Shown in pieces: positions 63,804 through 64,000 of a DNA stretch of 64,000 bases (its first letter is position 1; every line of letters begins with the position of its first letter). Position numbers and translations under genes: made by a program. Below the pieces are notes generated by a model. That model was not told where the DNA came from, did no database searches, and saw only the letters and a list, made by a program, of their open reading frames with translations. Source of the DNA: Marsupella aquatica (Eukaryota > Plantae > Marchantiophyta); the NCBI GenBank assembly GCA_973895155.1, contig OZ316896.1, forward strand, positions 12,628,549-12,692,548, written 5' to 3'.

Positions 63804-64000
63804 AGCAACACTATCACTTTGGGTGAGCTGCTGCCAAATGCTGCGACAAGCATCTAGCACCTACTAGGAGCACGGCCAGTTAGGGCGAGCAGTTGCTCTT
63901 GCTGGTACTCTCGCGACCCTAGCTCTATGTGCTTGTTGCTGCTGCATGCTCGATGCTCGGTACTTGTTGCCAATCCCGGATGCTGCTGGAGACCTTGCAG

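Overview
This is eukaryotic nuclear DNA from a land plant, most likely a non-seed plant with flagellated sperm (bryophyte-like, inferred from gene content). Six intron-containing genes can be reconstructed from ORF fragments and splice sites: importin beta-1 (+), a DRC8/EFCAB2-like EF-hand protein (+), chloroplast CSP41a (-), fatty acid amide hydrolase (-), the Golgi SNARE GOS1/GOS12 (-) and a two-domain plant GTP cyclohydrolase I (-). Mobile and repetitive DNA includes a lightly decayed CRE-like RT+RLE non-LTR retrotransposon at the left edge, a hierarchical ~118-bp minisatellite, five related solo LTRs (four with recognisable 5-bp TSDs), a Copia RNase H/PPT/LTR remnant and many short tandem duplications. 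The most striking observation is a ~0.8-kb copy of the GOS12 promoter, 5'UTR, intact exon 1 and part of intron 1 joined about 10 bp upstream of the first ATG of the GCH1 ORF. Its splice phase is compatible with GCH1 acceptors, so this is a candidate promoter-capture or SNARE-GCH1 chimeric gene. All calls come from reading the sequence by eye; no database searches were run.
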